From Cyanophyceae cyanobacterium (lineage in GTDB: Bacteria; Cyanobacteriota; Cyanobacteriia; Cyanobacteriales; Laspinemataceae): a stretch of DNA of 64,000 nt. The DNA lies in the NCBI GenBank assembly GCA_038321985.1, contig JBBQFN010000008.1, positions 64,001 through 128,000 of the forward strand. The letters run 5' to 3'. The notes under the pieces are model-generated. The model ran no database searches, had not been told where the DNA came from, and worked only from the letters and a program-made list of their open reading frames with translations. Shown in pieces: positions 63,640 through 64,000 of this stretch. Position numbers and translations under genes: made by a program. The number at the start of each line of letters is the position of its first letter. Within the stretch, counting starts at the first letter, position 1.

Positions 63640-64000
63640 AATTTATTCCTCAAATTGGGCGCGGCGCTCAGGCACTTGTAAGTCGGCACTCGCTAAGGGC
63701 TAACCGAATATTCCTTTCTGTTTCTACCTTACCCTGAACTCGATTGTTTTAGGCCAGTCCATTGTATCCATTGGTACCCCTGTCTGCTCTTTTCCACAGT
63801 CATGCTGGATACTTTAAAAGGTTTCTAGAAAAATTGCCGCCTGATCGAATCGCAAAGTCCCGGTTAAGGTTCACTCACAGTCCAGGGTTCCGGAAGGAAC
63901 AGTTAAACCAGGCGGGCAGATCCGGGGCGATCGCACTCCGGAAGAAGACGCTTGCTCACAATACTTTAGATGCGAATTTAGACGGGCGATATCACCCGTC

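Larger units (their letters stand above)
1..64000. repeat. HIP1 octamer GCGATCGC dispersed through the window
   Basis: Many occurrences, e.g. 1213, 1992, 7514, 8532, 15818, 36208, 39338, 63927. Confidence 0.95.

Overview
64-kb chromosomal window from a filamentous cyanobacterium. The dense HIP1 octamer GCGATCGC, STRR-type heptamer repeats and gene content suggest Oscillatoriales, perhaps Laspinema/Oscillatoria-like (inference). The housekeeping backbone is rne-rnhB, purM, rlpA, panC-cmk, Fd-GOGAT gltB, cupin-iscA-rpsL-rpsG-fusA-tuf-rpsJ-LON-N, pheA, two DUF1997 genes, a Cof HAD, a DALR-only protein, a Crp/Fnr regulator, rbcR-type LysR and NnrU/Z-ISO. The stand-out accessory locus (34.5-45.8 kb, minus strand) is a complete cheY-cheA-cheW-MCP-PAS/HEAT-cheR-cheB chemosensory cluster. 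Its gene order matches the myxobacterial Che7 type rather than the usual cyanobacterial Pix/Pil systems. Its soluble, sensor-less receptor has a Lys-rich N-terminal tail and a greatly extended 28-aa-periodic methylation hairpin. Other points of interest: an AT-rich, HIP1-free HTH-NACHT gene facing a 69-aa ORF across a repeat/palindrome operator; an ethylene-receptor/insert-Cys cyanobacteriochrome hybrid kinase; a CikA-like kinase; complementary Yfr1-like and Yfr2-like sRNAs; a TA-flanked 136-bp MITE family with an inverted internal loop and a nested insertion; and a promoter-equipped stand-alone IS630-type HTH protein. No CRISPR array, tRNA or rRNA was seen. All calls are by eye; no database searches were run.
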